A stretch of 64,000 nt of DNA from Candidatus Eiseniibacteriota bacterium (GTDB lineage Bacteria > Eisenbacteria > RBG-16-71-46): positions 7,218-71,217 of the forward strand of contig JBBTLZ010000019.1 of the NCBI GenBank assembly GCA_038068435.1. The letters run 5' to 3'. Below are positions 1-10,278 of this stretch, one piece after another; position 1 is the first letter of the stretch, and each line of letters begins with the position of its first letter. A program made the translations under genes and the position numbers. A model generated the notes under the pieces. The model did not search any database and was not told the DNA's origin. It was given only the letters and a program-made list of their open reading frames with translations.

Positions 1-1077
1 CCACAGCAGGCCGCCGACCACACTCGCCGGCAGCAGCGCCGCGCCGACGGCGGCGTAGTAGAGGCCGTAGGCGGTGCCGCGCCGGCCCTCGCCCACCAGG
101 TCCGCGAGCATGCTGCGCTGCGAGCCCTCGAGCAGCGCGCTGTGCACGCCCAGCCCGACGAACGCCGCGACCACCGCGACCGGCGTCGCCCGCCAGGCGA
201 GCAGCGCGTAGCAGGCCGCGAACGAGAGGTACGCCGCGAACAGCAGCGGCCGGCGGCCGATGCGATCGGAGAGATGCCCCAGCGGCCACGAGAGCAGCGC
301 GTAGACGAGGTTGTAGACCATGTAGACCAGCGGCACCTGGGCGGCGCTGAACCCCGCCTGCCCGGCGCGCAGCAGCACGAACGCCATGCTGCTTCCCGCC
401 AGCGAGAACACCCCGGCGACGACCAGGAACCGGTAGACCGGACGGCCCAGGCCGCCCAGCTCGCTCAGCAGCGTCGCTCCGCTGCGGCGCGGCGCCGAGC
501 GTGGCGCGCGCACGAAGATGGCGAGCACCAGCATCGAGAGCGCGGCCGGCACGGTGGCGAGCACGAAGATCCGCCGCAGCTCGCCCGGGTAGGCGCTCAG
601 CAGCGCGAACGCCGCCAGCGGCCCGAGTGCGGCGCCCAGCGTGTCCATCGCACGATGCAGGCCGAACGCGCGCCCGATCTGGTCCGGCGCCACCGAGTCG
701 GCGATCAGCGCGTCGCGCGGCGGGTTGCGCAGGCCCTTGCCGACGCGGTCCGAGAAACGCAACCCCAGCACCGCGCCCCACGAGCCGGCAAGGGCCATCC
801 CCCCCTTGGCCACCGTCGAGAGACCGTAGCCGAACAGCATGAACGGCTTGCGCCGGCCGATGCGGTCCGACAGCCAGCCCGAGAAGATGCGCAGCACGGT
901 GGCCGTGCACTCCGCCACCCCCTCGATGACGCCCAGGCTCGCGACCGACGCGCGCAGCGTGCCGGTCACGAACGCCGGCAGCACCGGGATGATCATCTCG
1001 CTGGAGACGTCGGTCAGCAGCGAGGTGAACCCGAGCGCCACCACGTTGCGGCTGGTGGCGGGGGCACCGGCGGGCAT
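1..1077 (-). CDS. MFS transporter (3' end runs off the window)
   Basis: Manual translation MPAGAPATSRNVVALGFTSLLTDVSSEMIIP...; two MFS motif-A copies (GWLSDRIGRRK, GHLSDRIGRRP) and many hydrophobic helices; no stop before the window edge. Confidence 0.9.
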   Translation of the reverse strand, partial: MPAGAPATSRNVVALGFTSLLTDVSSEMIIPVLPAFVTGTLRASVASLGVIEGVAECTATVLRIFSGWLSDRIGRRKPFMLFGYGLSTVAKGGMALAGSWGAVLGLRFSDRVGKGLRNPPRDALIADSVAPDQIGRAFGLHRAMDTLGAALGPLAAFALLSAYPGELRRIFVLATVPAALSMLVLAIFVRAPRSAPRRSGATLLSELGGLGRPVYRFLVVAGVFSLAGSSMAFVLLRAGQAGFSAAQVPLVYMVYNLVYALLSWPLGHLSDRIGRRPLLFAAYLSFAACYALLAWRATPVAVVAAFVGLGVHSALLEGSQRSMLADLVGEGRRGTAYGLYYAAVGAALLPASVVGGLLW

Positions 1078-1201
1078 GGCAGGCGATGGGACGGTCGCGG
1101 GGGCCGGAGACGGCGCGGGGGGCTGCACGGTTCGCGAGCCTAGCACGCGCGTGCGGCGGCGCGGGGTCGGCCCAGCCCAGTGCTCGCCGTCGACCGCTCT
1201 G

Positions 1202-1528
1202 CTATCGAATCACAGCGCTGGGAGCCATCAGCGGCGGGCGGGCGGGCTCGGTCCTCGGGAAAACGACTCTCCAGATCACCGCGGTAGCAATCGGGTCCGG
1301 TGAAGGCGTGGGGATCGGGAGGCCACGCTCGTGGAGGGCTTCCAGGTACTCCCGTTGTGCGTCCGCGAGGTTCCGGAGCGCCTCTTCCACCGTCGCTCCA
1401 TGGCTCCTGCAACCCGGGAGCTCGGGTACCTCGGCGATGTAGGCGATGGTGCCGTCCTCGTATTGGTCAGGCCGGACGACCGTACGGTATCGGAGTCCGA
1501 GCGGATCAATCTTGACATCGAGCGTCAT
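1202..1528 (-). CDS. HicB-family antitoxin-like protein
   Basis: YIAEVPELPGCRSHGATVEEALRNL...EALHERGLPIP matches the HicB N-terminal signature; no C-terminal DNA-binding domain evident. Confidence 0.8.
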   Translation of the reverse strand: MTLDVKIDPLGLRYRTVVRPDQYEDGTIAYIAEVPELPGCRSHGATVEEALRNLADAQREYLEALHERGLPIPTPSPDPIATAVIWRVVFPRTEPARPPLMAPSAVIR

Positions 1529-1600
1529 GGCGAGCCCTCCGCGACCTCACTTGCTTTCGGCATCCCGCCCACAGTTGACCGGCGATTTCGCCTGTGCCCC

Positions 1601-3052
1601 CTACCGCGGCTCCTGCACCTCGATCGGGCCCAGCCCCTCGAGCGCCTTCTTCGCCACCTCGGGGTTCGAGACCACCAGGATCCGGAGGTCGTCGACGCAG
1701 AAGTACGACTTCAGCGCCCGGCGGCAGTCGGTCATGGTGACCGCGTTGATGCGGTCGTTGAAGGTCTCGACGTACTTGGGATCAAGCCCGTAGAACTCGA
1801 TGTCGAGCAGTTGCGCCGCCAGCGCGTCGGGCGCCTGCAGCCCGAGCGGGAACTGCCCGGTGAGGTAGCGCTTCGCCTTCGCCAGCTCCTCGTCGGTCGG
1901 GCCGGCGTCGAGCAGGGTCTTCACTACCTTCAGCGTCTCGTCGATGGTCTTGCGGATGGTCTCGTTCTTGGTAAAGGTGCTGACGCGGAACGTGCCGGCG
2001 TTGCGAAACATCCCGAACCGGCTCGAGATGCTGTAGGTGAGGCCCTGCACGACGCGGATCTCGTTCATCAGCCGCGAGGTGAAGCCGGCGCCGAGGATGG
2101 TGTTGGCGACAGTGATCGGGTAGTAGTCCGGGTGGTTGCGCGGCACGCCCATGCAGGCGAGCCGGATCTGCGTCTGCGTGACCTCGGGCTTGTTGACGAT
2201 CAGCACCGAGCGGCCGCGCGCCTGCGGCACGGCAGTGTAGGCGTCGACCGGTTTCTCGCCGCCCGCCTTCCACTCGGCGAACGCCTTCTCGAGCGCGGCC
2301 AGCACCGCCTGCGGCTCCACGTCGCCCACCACCGCCAGCACGGCGTTGTCGGGGCGGAAGTGCCGGGCGTGGAAGCCGGTCACCTCCTCGCGCGTGAGGG
2401 TACCGACCGACTTCTCCCAGCCGATGGTCGGGTGCGCGAGCGGGCTGGTGCCGAGCAGGAAGGGGCCGAGCGCCTGGTTGGCGACCGTTCCGGGGTCGTC
2501 CTTCTGGCTGGCGATGGCGCCGAGCGTCTCGTCCTTCTTGCGCGCGAACTCCTCGGCCGGGAAGGCGGGGTTCACCGCGACGTCACGCAGCAGCTCGAGC
2601 CCGACGCCGAAGTCCTTTTTGAGCACCTCGCAGGCCAGCACCACCTGCTCCGCACCCGCGCTCGCCGCGAGTGAGCCGCCGACGAAGGCGATTTCCTCGG
2701 CGATCTGCTGGGCACTCCGGGGTCCCGCGCCCTGGGTCAGCAGGTCGGCGGTCAGGCCCGCGAGTCCCTCCTTGCCGGCCGGATCGTTGACCGAACCGGC
2801 GCGCACCAGCAGCCGGAAGTCCACGAGCGGCAGGCGCCGGGTGGGCATCACGTACACGACCAGCCCGTTCTTGAGCGTGGTGCGCGTGTAGGCCGGCAGC
2901 TGGAGCGGCGCGCCGAGCGCCGGGCCCGCCGCGAGCATCGTCGCGAGGGTGGCGGCGGCGAGCGCGCCGGCGAGCGTGGCAGCGGCGAGCGATCCCGTGG
3001 GCGCGGCCGGCGCCGGCGCGGGACGGGTGGCCGCGGATGTCGCGCGGGGCAT
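1601..3052 (-). CDS. M16 (pitrilysin/insulinase) peptidase, non-catalytic subunit
   Basis: Signal peptide; LKNGLVVYV, GSVNDPAGKEGLA, RY-like REIRVVQGLTY region; the HXXEH position reads LTADL. Start chosen at MPRATS. Confidence 0.85.
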   Translation of the reverse strand: MPRATSAATRPAPAPAAPTGSLAAATLAGALAAATLATMLAAGPALGAPLQLPAYTRTTLKNGLVVYVMPTRRLPLVDFRLLVRAGSVNDPAGKEGLAGLTADLLTQGAGPRSAQQIAEEIAFVGGSLAASAGAEQVVLACEVLKKDFGVGLELLRDVAVNPAFPAEEFARKKDETLGAIASQKDDPGTVANQALGPFLLGTSPLAHPTIGWEKSVGTLTREEVTGFHARHFRPDNAVLAVVGDVEPQAVLAALEKAFAEWKAGGEKPVDAYTAVPQARGRSVLIVNKPEVTQTQIRLACMGVPRNHPDYYPITVANTILGAGFTSRLMNEIRVVQGLTYSISSRFGMFRNAGTFRVSTFTKNETIRKTIDETLKVVKTLLDAGPTDEELAKAKRYLTGQFPLGLQAPDALAAQLLDIEFYGLDPKYVETFNDRINAVTMTDCRRALKSYFCVDDLRILVVSNPEVAKKALEGLGPIEVQEPR

Positions 3053-3104
3053 GGCGGTTCCTTTCGAGATCGGGTCGGGCGAGATCGGGTCGGGCGCGAT
3101 CATG

Positions 3105-4508
3105 TCAGGGCTGCGCCTGGGCGGACGGCTCGCTCTCGGGCACCAGCACGACCACCGTTCGCTGGCGCGGCAGGAAACACTTCTGCGCGACGCGCCGGCA
3201 ATCCTCGACCGTGACCGCCCGGTAGCGGTCGATGGTGCGGAAGATGGCGTTGTAGTCGCCGAAGATGTGCTCGTAGAAGCCGAGCTGCTCGCCGACCCCG
3301 TTGTTGGTCTTGAGCGACTTCACGAACCCGGCCTCCAGCAGGTTCTTGGCTTTCTGCAGCTCGCGTTCGGTCGGACCGTTCTTCGCCAGCGTGTCGATCA
3401 CGGCGTCGAGCGCGGCCTCTCCTTCCGCGGCGGTCTTGCCGGGCTTCATCTCGACGTAGAACTCGAACAGCGTCGGGTCGAGGCGCGTGCGGAAGAAGCT
3501 GCTGGCGCCCAGCGCGATCTGCTGCCGGTAGACCAGCGCCTGGTGCAGGCGCGACGATTCGCCGTCCGCGAGGATGGACGAGAGCACGTCGAGCACGTAG
3601 ATGTCGTCGCTCTGCACCCCCGGCGCCTTGTACCCCACCTGGAAGCTCACGGTCTCCGCCGGGTAGTGCACCGCGGCGCGGCGCTCGCCCTTCTGCTCGG
3701 GCTCGGAGTCGATCGGCGCCGTGGGCGGCGTCTGCGCGGGGATCGCGCCGAAGTACCGCTCGATCTGCGCCAGCGCGGTCTTCGTGTCGAAGTCGCCGGT
3801 GAGTACCAGGATGCAGTTGTTGGGCGCGTAGTGGATGCGGAAGTACTCGGTCATCTCCTCGCGCGTGATGCGGTTCAGGTCGCCCATCCAGCCCACCACC
3901 GGCCAGCGGTAGGGCGAGGCGAGGAACGCCCCCGCGTACAGCTGCTCGTCGAGCATCCCCGAGATGTCGTTGTCGGTCCGCAGCCGGCGCTCCTCCTTGA
4001 CCACCTCGATCTCGCTCTTGAGCTGCTCGGGCAGCAGCGACAGCGCGGCCATACGGTCGGCGTCGAGGCGGAACACGACGTCGAGCCGGTCCGAGGCGAT
4101 GTCCTCGTAGTAGGCGGTCATGTCGCGGTCGGTGAACGCGTTCGAGTAGCCGCCGTTGGACTCGAGGATCTTGTCGTACTCCTTGGGCGGCACGTTCTGC
4201 GAGCCGTTGAACATCATGTGCTCGAAGTAGTGGGAGATGCCGGTGATGCCGGGCCGCTCGTCACGCGAGCCGACCTTGTACCACTGCCAGAACGTGCACG
4301 CCGGCACGCTGTGGTCCTCGTGGGTGAGCACCACCATGCCGTTCTTGAGCGTGTGCCGCTCGACCTTGAGGGTGGCCGGCGAGAGCGCGGGGGCGGTGGT
4401 GGGCGGTGCGGCGGGCGGCACGGGCCCCGCCTTCGGCTTCGCGGCGCCGGCCGGCGCGGCCGCGAGGATGAGGGCGAGCGCGAGGGCGGCACGCGAAGCG
4501 GGATGCAT
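3105..4508 (-). CDS. M16 zinc peptidase, catalytic subunit
   Basis: Signal peptide; VGSRDERPGITGISHYFEHMMFNGS with intact HXXEH, NAFT, EIEVVKEERR; paired with the inactive subunit downstream. Confidence 0.9.
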   Translation of the reverse strand: MHPASRAALALALILAAAPAGAAKPKAGPVPPAAPPTTAPALSPATLKVERHTLKNGMVVLTHEDHSVPACTFWQWYKVGSRDERPGITGISHYFEHMMFNGSQNVPPKEYDKILESNGGYSNAFTDRDMTAYYEDIASDRLDVVFRLDADRMAALSLLPEQLKSEIEVVKEERRLRTDNDISGMLDEQLYAGAFLASPYRWPVVGWMGDLNRITREEMTEYFRIHYAPNNCILVLTGDFDTKTALAQIERYFGAIPAQTPPTAPIDSEPEQKGERRAAVHYPAETVSFQVGYKAPGVQSDDIYVLDVLSSILADGESSRLHQALVYRQQIALGASSFFRTRLDPTLFEFYVEMKPGKTAAEGEAALDAVIDTLAKNGPTERELQKAKNLLEAGFVKSLKTNNGVGEQLGFYEHIFGDYNAIFRTIDRYRAVTVEDCRRVAQKCFLPRQRTVVVLVPESEPSAQAQP

Positions 4509-4679
4509 GAAACCTCCCTTGGGGCCATGGGGCACCGGGATCCAGCGGCGAGAGACGAAGTGCGGAGTCTAGCCGCGGCCCGTGGCCGCTTCAAGCGCGG
4601 CGGACACTGCCGTCGCGGCGCCGCGCCGCGCCCCGCGGCGGTGGCATCCTCCGGCGAGGCGTCCCGGGGCCGAGCCCGC

Positions 4680-5240
4680 TCACCGTCGCTTCGGCTCCGG
4701 TTCTCGCAGCCCGGCGAGCATCTGCTCGGCCGCGCGGCGCGCCTCATCGTCATCCTGCCAGTCGCCGGCCATCGCCCACCTCAGCTCGGCCCGCGCGCCG
4801 GCGCGGTCGCCGAACCCGAGCAGGGCCTGCGCGAGCAGCGTGTGCGCCCGCGCCACCGTCGGGTACAGCTCCGCGGCGCGCCGCGCCGGCGCGAGCGCCG
4901 CCTGGGGCCGGCCGAGGTAGAGCTCGAGCCGCGACAGCTCCATCCAGGAGACACCGTCCGCCGGAGCCAGCGCGACCGCGCGCCGGAACGCCGCCTCGGC
5001 CGCCGCGCCACCGACGCTGTAGCCGGGCATCACGCGGCCCGCGAGCACGCTGCCCAGCCGCCGGTGGTCGAGCGAGCGAAGCGGGACGAGCGCCACGGCG
5101 CGCCGCGCCGCGCGTTCCGCCTCGGCGAGCGCTACCGCCCGGTCGGGCGCGCGGAGCGCCCCGCGCTCGAGCGCTTCGGCCCGCAGTCGGGCGTAGCTGT
5201 CCTCCCAGGGCGCGAGCGTGGCGGCCCGCGCGGGGGTCGT
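4680..5240 (-). pseudogene. TPR-like helical protein fragment with no clear start
   Basis: Frame reads ...APWEDSYARLRAEALE...EAERAARRAVALVP...AFRRAVALAPADG...AAELYPT, TPR-like. No ATG/GTG/TTG between the upstream in-frame stop and the internal GTG at 5096, so the 5' boundary is approximate. Confidence 0.45.
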
Positions 5241-5298
5241 CGCCGCGCCCGTGTGGCCGTGCCGCGGCCGGCGAGACGCGCGCGGCGGCCGCCGACCG

Positions 5299-5637
5299 TC
5301 AGCGGTTGCGGTCCTTGCTCCGGCGCCGCGCGCGGCGGGTCTCGCCGGCGCGCCGGCGCGCGGCGCTCACTGCGCCGGCGTAGTCCACGCCCGCCGCCGC
5401 GACCGCGGCCGCCCCCGACCCGAACTGCCGGCGCGCGCGCGCGTAGAGATCGCTGTGCGTGTGGTGGATGCGGTAGAGCCCGTCGGCGCTGGCCGAGAGC
5501 CGGCGAATCCGGTCCAGGACCTCGGTGGTTGTCATCTCGAGAGGCCGCCCCCGCTTGCGGCGCGCCCCCTCGAGGGCGCTCGGTGTCCTGCCGGGAACGG
5601 CGTCCTCTTCGACGTCATGCTTGAAAACGACCGACAC
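5299..5637 (-). CDS. Small basic putative nucleic-acid-binding protein (112 aa)
   Basis: GTG start about 7 nt after GGAGG; RRKRGRP segment and LYARARRQFGSGAAAVAAAG resembling the LYxxAxxxFGSWxxAxxAAG repeat unit. Confidence 0.6.
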   Translation of the reverse strand: MSVVFKHDVEEDAVPGRTPSALEGARRKRGRPLEMTTTEVLDRIRRLSASADGLYRIHHTHSDLYARARRQFGSGAAAVAAAGVDYAGAVSAARRRAGETRRARRRSKDRNR

Positions 5638-5855
5638 GGTCCATCCTCCCGCTCGTGCGAGCGTCTGGCTCCTGGGATCTGCAGGAAGGCGCCCAGGGGG
5701 AGGGCGGCCGATGCGTCTTGCGGGCCGCCGGGAGGATAGCAGCCGACCCGCGTGGTCGCGAAGCACGGTTCGCGCTGGGATTGCCGATTCTCGGGCGCAG
5801 GCGATGGCGCGGCCCTGCCGGCCCGGCGTGGGGCGCGCTCCGCCCCGCGCCGGGC

Positions 5856-6557
5856 TCAGGTGCGACCGAAGTCGTCGTCGAACGTGACGGCGCCGCCTTC
5901 CTCCTCGGCGTGATGCTTGATGATGCGAGCCTCGGCGATGAAGACCACCTCCTCGGCGACGTTGGTCGCCAGGTCGGCGACCCGCTCGAGGTTGCGCGCC
6001 ACCAGGATCAGCTCCATCGCGCGCGTGATCGTGCCCGGGTCCTCGATCATGTATGAGATCAGCTCCCGGAAGAGCTGGCGGTTGAGGTCGTCCACCTCGT
6101 CGTCGCGGCGGCACAGGCGCCGGGCGGTCGCCGCGTCGCGACGCACGTACGCATCGAGGGCGTCGCGCAGCATCCCGGCGGCCATCTGCGTCATGCGCGG
6201 GATGTCCACCAGCGGCTTGAGCATCGGCAGCTCGGCCAGGCGCAGGGCGCTGCCGGCGATGTTGACGGCGTGGTCGCCGACCCGCTCGAGGTCGTTGGAG
6301 ATCTTGAGCGCCGCGGTGATGAAGCGCAGGTCGGTGGCCATCGGCTGGCGCAGCGCGAGCAGGCGGACGCACCGCTCCTCGATCTCGATCTCGAGCTGGT
6401 CGATGGCCCGGTCGTCCTCGAACACCTCGCGGGCCAGCGGGGGGTCGCGGCGCTTGAGCGCTTCCACCGCCTTCTGGATGACGGCCTCGGCGCGACCGCC
6501 CATCCGCAGGAGCTGGTCCTTGAGCGCCTCGAGCTCCTGGTCGAAATGCCGTTCCAC
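5856..6557 (-). CDS. phoU: Phosphate signalling complex protein PhoU
   Basis: VERHFDQELEAL..., LALRQPMATDLR, DLERVGDHAVNIA, NLERVADLATNVAE; follows pstB. Confidence 0.95.
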   Translation of the reverse strand: MERHFDQELEALKDQLLRMGGRAEAVIQKAVEALKRRDPPLAREVFEDDRAIDQLEIEIEERCVRLLALRQPMATDLRFITAALKISNDLERVGDHAVNIAGSALRLAELPMLKPLVDIPRMTQMAAGMLRDALDAYVRRDAATARRLCRRDDEVDDLNRQLFRELISYMIEDPGTITRAMELILVARNLERVADLATNVAEEVVFIAEARIIKHHAEEEGGAVTFDDDFGRT

Positions 6558-6625
6558 GATGGTTCTCCCGTGCGTCCGCGGTCCGCCGCGGGAGCATCGC
6601 GCCCCCGCCGCAGCACCGTGCCGTC

Positions 6626-7501
6626 TCAGCCGAAGCGGCCGGTGATGTAGTCCTCGGTGAGCTTCTCCCGCGGGCTGGTGAACACCCGCCGGGTCTCGTC
6701 GTACTCGATCAGCGCCCCGTCGAGCAGGAACGCGGTGCGGTCCGAGATGCGCGCGGCCTGCTGCATGTTGTGGGTGACGACCACGATCGTATAGGCGGTC
6801 TTGAGGTCGAGCACCAGCTCTTCGATGCGCGCCGTCGCCGTCGGGTCCAGCGCCGAGGCCGGCTCGTCCATGAGGATGACCTCGGGCTCGACGGCGAGGC
6901 AGCGGGCGATGCACAGGCGCTGCTGCTGGCCGCCCGAGAGCTGCATCGCGGAGCGGCCGAGCCGGTCCCGGACCTCGTCCCACAGGGCCGCCCGGCGTAG
7001 GCTCGCCTCGATGCGCCCCTCGAGCTCGGAACGGTCCTTGAGGCCGAGCATCCGGAGCCCGAAGGCCGCGTTCTCGAAGATGGACTTCGGAAACGGGTTC
7101 GGCCGCTGGAACACCATGCCCACCCGCCGGCGCAGCTCGACCACGTCGGTGCCGGTCCCGTGCACGTCCATCCCGCCGACCAGCACCCGCCCCTCCACCC
7201 GCACCCCCGGGATGAGTTCGTTCATGCGGTTGAACGCGCGGAGCAGGGTGCTCTTGCCACAACCCGAGGGACCGATGATGGCGGTGATGCTGTGATCGGG
7301 CACGCCGAGGGTGATCCCGCGCAGCGCGCGGTGCGCGCCGTAGTACAGGCTGAAGTCGCGGGTCTCGAGCTTGGGCGCCGCAGCGCCCAGGGGCCGATCC
7401 GCGGACGGCGCGCCCGTTCCCCGCGGCGCGGGTGCCGGCACCGGGGGCGGCGGCAACGCCGCGCCGGGGGTCACGCGCGCCGTCGGCAGATCCACGGCCA
7501 C
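6626..7501 (-). CDS. pstB: Phosphate ABC transporter ATP-binding protein
   Basis: [48 protein letters not shown]. Confidence 0.97.
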   Translation of the reverse strand: MAVDLPTARVTPGAALPPPPVPAPAPRGTGAPSADRPLGAAAPKLETRDFSLYYGAHRALRGITLGVPDHSITAIIGPSGCGKSTLLRAFNRMNELIPGVRVEGRVLVGGMDVHGTGTDVVELRRRVGMVFQRPNPFPKSIFENAAFGLRMLGLKDRSELEGRIEASLRRAALWDEVRDRLGRSAMQLSGGQQQRLCIARCLAVEPEVILMDEPASALDPTATARIEELVLDLKTAYTIVVVTHNMQQAARISDRTAFLLDGALIEYDETRRVFTSPREKLTEDYITGRFG

Positions 7502-7502
7502 C

Positions 7503-8453
7503 TCAACCCCTCCCCGCGAGCCGCGCCCGCATCCGGCTGCGGATCACGATGGCGGTCAGGTTGAGCAGGAAGGTGAGCAGCAGCAGGACCAGCACCGTGC
7601 CGTAAAGCAGCGGGCGGGTCGCGTCCACGTCGGGTGACTGCGTCGCCAGCACGAAGATATGGTAGCCGAGCTCCATGAACTGGTCCGCCGGCGAAGTCGG
7701 CAGGTACGGGAGGAAGTACGCCGCCCCGGTGAACATGACCGGCGCCACCTCGCCCGCGCCGCGCGAGACCGAGAGGATGGCGCCGGTCAGGATACCCGGC
7801 ATCGCCTGCGGGAGCAGTACGTTTCGGATCGTCTGCCAGCGCGTGGCGCCGAGCGCGAGCGATGCCTCCGTCATCTCGCGCGGCACGGTGCGCAGGGCCT
7901 CCTCCGCGGTGACGATGACCACCGGGAGGTTCAGCAGCGCCAGCGTGAGCGCGGCCCACAGCAGCGCCGGCTGTCCCCAGACCACGTCCAGGCCGAGGGC
8001 CCGGTCCACGCCGCGGCCCACGAACTGGATGAAGAAGCCGAGTCCGAACAGCCCGAAGACGATGCTCGGCACGCCGGCCAGGTTGTTCACCGCGAAGCGC
8101 ACCGTGCGCGTGAACCAGGCGTCGGGCCGGGCGTACTCGTGCAGGTAGATCGCCGCGCCCACGCCGAACGGCACCAGCGCCACCACCATGAGCACCACCA
8201 GCGCCACGGTGCCGAAGATGGCCGGGAAGATCCCGCCCGCCGTCATCCCCTCGCGCGGCACGGCGGTGATGAACTCCCAGGTCACCGTGCGCCAGCCATG
8301 GAAGACGATGTTGCCCACGATGACCGCCACCATGAGCACGATGAGCCCGGCGGCCAAGCCCGACAGCGCGCCGAGGGCGAGGCCGCCCCGGCCGGCGTGC
8401 CGGGCGCCCGAGCGCGCCCGCGGCAGGGCGCCGGGCAGGGCGGAGGCGGTCAT
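7503..8453 (-). CDS. pstA: Phosphate ABC transporter permease PstA
   Basis: [43 protein letters not shown]. Confidence 0.95.
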   Translation of the reverse strand: MTASALPGALPRARSGARHAGRGGLALGALSGLAAGLIVLMVAVIVGNIVFHGWRTVTWEFITAVPREGMTAGGIFPAIFGTVALVVLMVVALVPFGVGAAIYLHEYARPDAWFTRTVRFAVNNLAGVPSIVFGLFGLGFFIQFVGRGVDRALGLDVVWGQPALLWAALTLALLNLPVVIVTAEEALRTVPREMTEASLALGATRWQTIRNVLLPQAMPGILTGAILSVSRGAGEVAPVMFTGAAYFLPYLPTSPADQFMELGYHIFVLATQSPDVDATRPLLYGTVLVLLLLTFLLNLTAIVIRSRMRARLAGRG

Positions 8454-9418
8454 GCGCCCGCCAGCCGCCGGCGCAGCCGCTCGGTGAGCAGGCCGGCCCC
8501 GACGTTGATGATGAAGGTGGCGGTGAACAGGAGCGCACCCAGGAAGAAGAGCGTGGCGTAGTGCGCGCTCCCGAACACCACCTCGGCCAGCTCGGCCGCG
8601 ATGCTCGCCGACAGCGTGCGGACCGAGTCGAGCACGCTGCCCGAGACCAGCGCCGCGTTCCCCGAGGCCATGAGCACGATCATCGTCTCCCCCACCGCGC
8701 GCGCCAGGCCGAGCAGGATGCCGGCGGCGACCCCCGCGCTGGCGGCCGGGAGGGTCACGTGCCAGGCGGTCTGCCAGCGTGAACCACCGAGTGCCAGCGA
8801 GGCCTCCCGATACGAGCGCGGCACCGCGCGCAGCGCGTCCTCCGCGACCGTGAAGATCGTGGGGATGATGCCGAGCCCGAGCGCGATCCCGGCATTGAGG
8901 GCGTTGAGCCGGGAAGCCGCGCCGGTCAGGGCCTGCAGCCAGCTCGCCATGACGATCAGGGCGAAGAAGCCGAGCACCACCGACGGGATCCCCGCCAGGA
9001 TCTCGACCACCGGCTTGAGCGCCTCGCGCACGCGCGCGGGCGCGAACTCCGAGGCGTAGAGCGCCGCCAGCAACGCGATGGGCACGGCGAAGAGCATGGA
9101 AACGATAACGACTTTCAACGTCCCCACGACGAGCGGCAGGATGCCGTACTTCGGCACGTCCCCGACCGGCTGCCAGAGCGACGTGGCGGCATAGGCGCGC
9201 AGGCTCGCCTCCTTCCGGATCTCGGGGTCGGTGAGCACGGGCAACGCCTCGCGGAAGACGAACACCATGATGAGCAGCAGCCCGGCCACCGCGCCGAACG
9301 CGCACGACCGCAGCAGCAGCGTGATGAACCCCTCGCGGATGCGCTGCACGCGACGCCGCGCACGGTCCCCGTGGCCGGCATGGGCGAGGCGCGGGACGGC
9401 CGCCGCCCCGGTCGTCAC
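8450..9418 (-). CDS. pstC: Phosphate ABC transporter permease PstC
   Basis: EILAGIPSVVLG, SLALGGSRWQT, ARAVGETMIVLMASGN; GTG start overlaps the pstS stop. Confidence 0.95.
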   Translation of the reverse strand: MTTGAAAVPRLAHAGHGDRARRRVQRIREGFITLLLRSCAFGAVAGLLLIMVFVFREALPVLTDPEIRKEASLRAYAATSLWQPVGDVPKYGILPLVVGTLKVVIVSMLFAVPIALLAALYASEFAPARVREALKPVVEILAGIPSVVLGFFALIVMASWLQALTGAASRLNALNAGIALGLGIIPTIFTVAEDALRAVPRSYREASLALGGSRWQTAWHVTLPAASAGVAAGILLGLARAVGETMIVLMASGNAALVSGSVLDSVRTLSASIAAELAEVVFGSAHYATLFFLGALLFTATFIINVGAGLLTERLRRRLAGA

Positions 9419-10278
9419 GGCTGGGCCACCGGGTAGTAGCCGACCTGGGTGACCACGGCCTGCCCCTCGGCGGAGAGCACGTAGTCCACGAATGCACGGA
9501 TCTCCCCGGCCGGCGCCCGGCGGGTATAGAAGTAGAGGGCGCGCGCGATCGGGTAGCTGCCGTCGGCCACGGTGGCCTCGCCGGGCAGCACGGCGGGCGA
9601 CCCCGCGTCGCGCTGGATCGCGCACTCCTGCACGCCCTTCGCGTAGGCGGCCCCGCCGTAGCCGATGCCGTTCGGGTCCCGGGCGATGGCGTTCACGACC
9701 GCCGCCGTCCCCGGCAGGGTCTGGACCGCCGCCGCGAAGTCCTGCTTCGCCAGCACGTGCTCCTTGAAGTACTCGTACGTGCCCGAGCTGTTCTCCCGTC
9801 CGTAGAGCACGATCGGCGAGTCGGGACCGCCCAGCGGCCGCCAGCGGGTCACGACGCCGGTGTAGATGTCCTTGAGCTGGGCGATCGTGAGGGAGCGGAC
9901 CGGGTTCGCCTCGTGCAGGTAGACCGCGAGGCCGTCGCGCGCCACGACGGTCTCGTGCGGCGGCTCGCCTGCCACGCGTGCCAGCTGGTCGCGCTCATCC
10001 GCCTTGATCGGCCGCGAGGACTGGCAGAGGTCGGTGGTGCCGTTGATGAGTGCGGCGATCCCGGTGCCGGAGCCGCCACCGGTCACCTGGATGACCGCGC
10101 CCGGGTGCTTCGCCATGTAGTTCTCCGCCCAGCGCTGGCCGAGGATGACCATGGTGTCCGAGCCCTTGATCGTGACCATCCGCTCGCGGCGCGGTGGCGC
10201 GCACGCGCCCAGCACCAGCAGCGCCAGCAGGATCCCGACCGTCTGCCGTTGAACGTGCATGGGCATCGCGCTCCTCAT
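9415..10278 (-). CDS. pstS: Phosphate-binding protein PstS (second copy, probable lipoprotein)
   Basis: IKGSDTM, GGGSGTGIAAL, GRENSSGTY, YPIARALY; LVLGA-C lipobox-like N-terminus. Confidence 0.92.
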   Translation of the reverse strand: MRSAMPMHVQRQTVGILLALLVLGACAPPRRERMVTIKGSDTMVILGQRWAENYMAKHPGAVIQVTGGGSGTGIAALINGTTDLCQSSRPIKADERDQLARVAGEPPHETVVARDGLAVYLHEANPVRSLTIAQLKDIYTGVVTRWRPLGGPDSPIVLYGRENSSGTYEYFKEHVLAKQDFAAAVQTLPGTAAVVNAIARDPNGIGYGGAAYAKGVQECAIQRDAGSPAVLPGEATVADGSYPIARALYFYTRRAPAGEIRAFVDYVLSAEGQAVVTQVGYYPVAQP

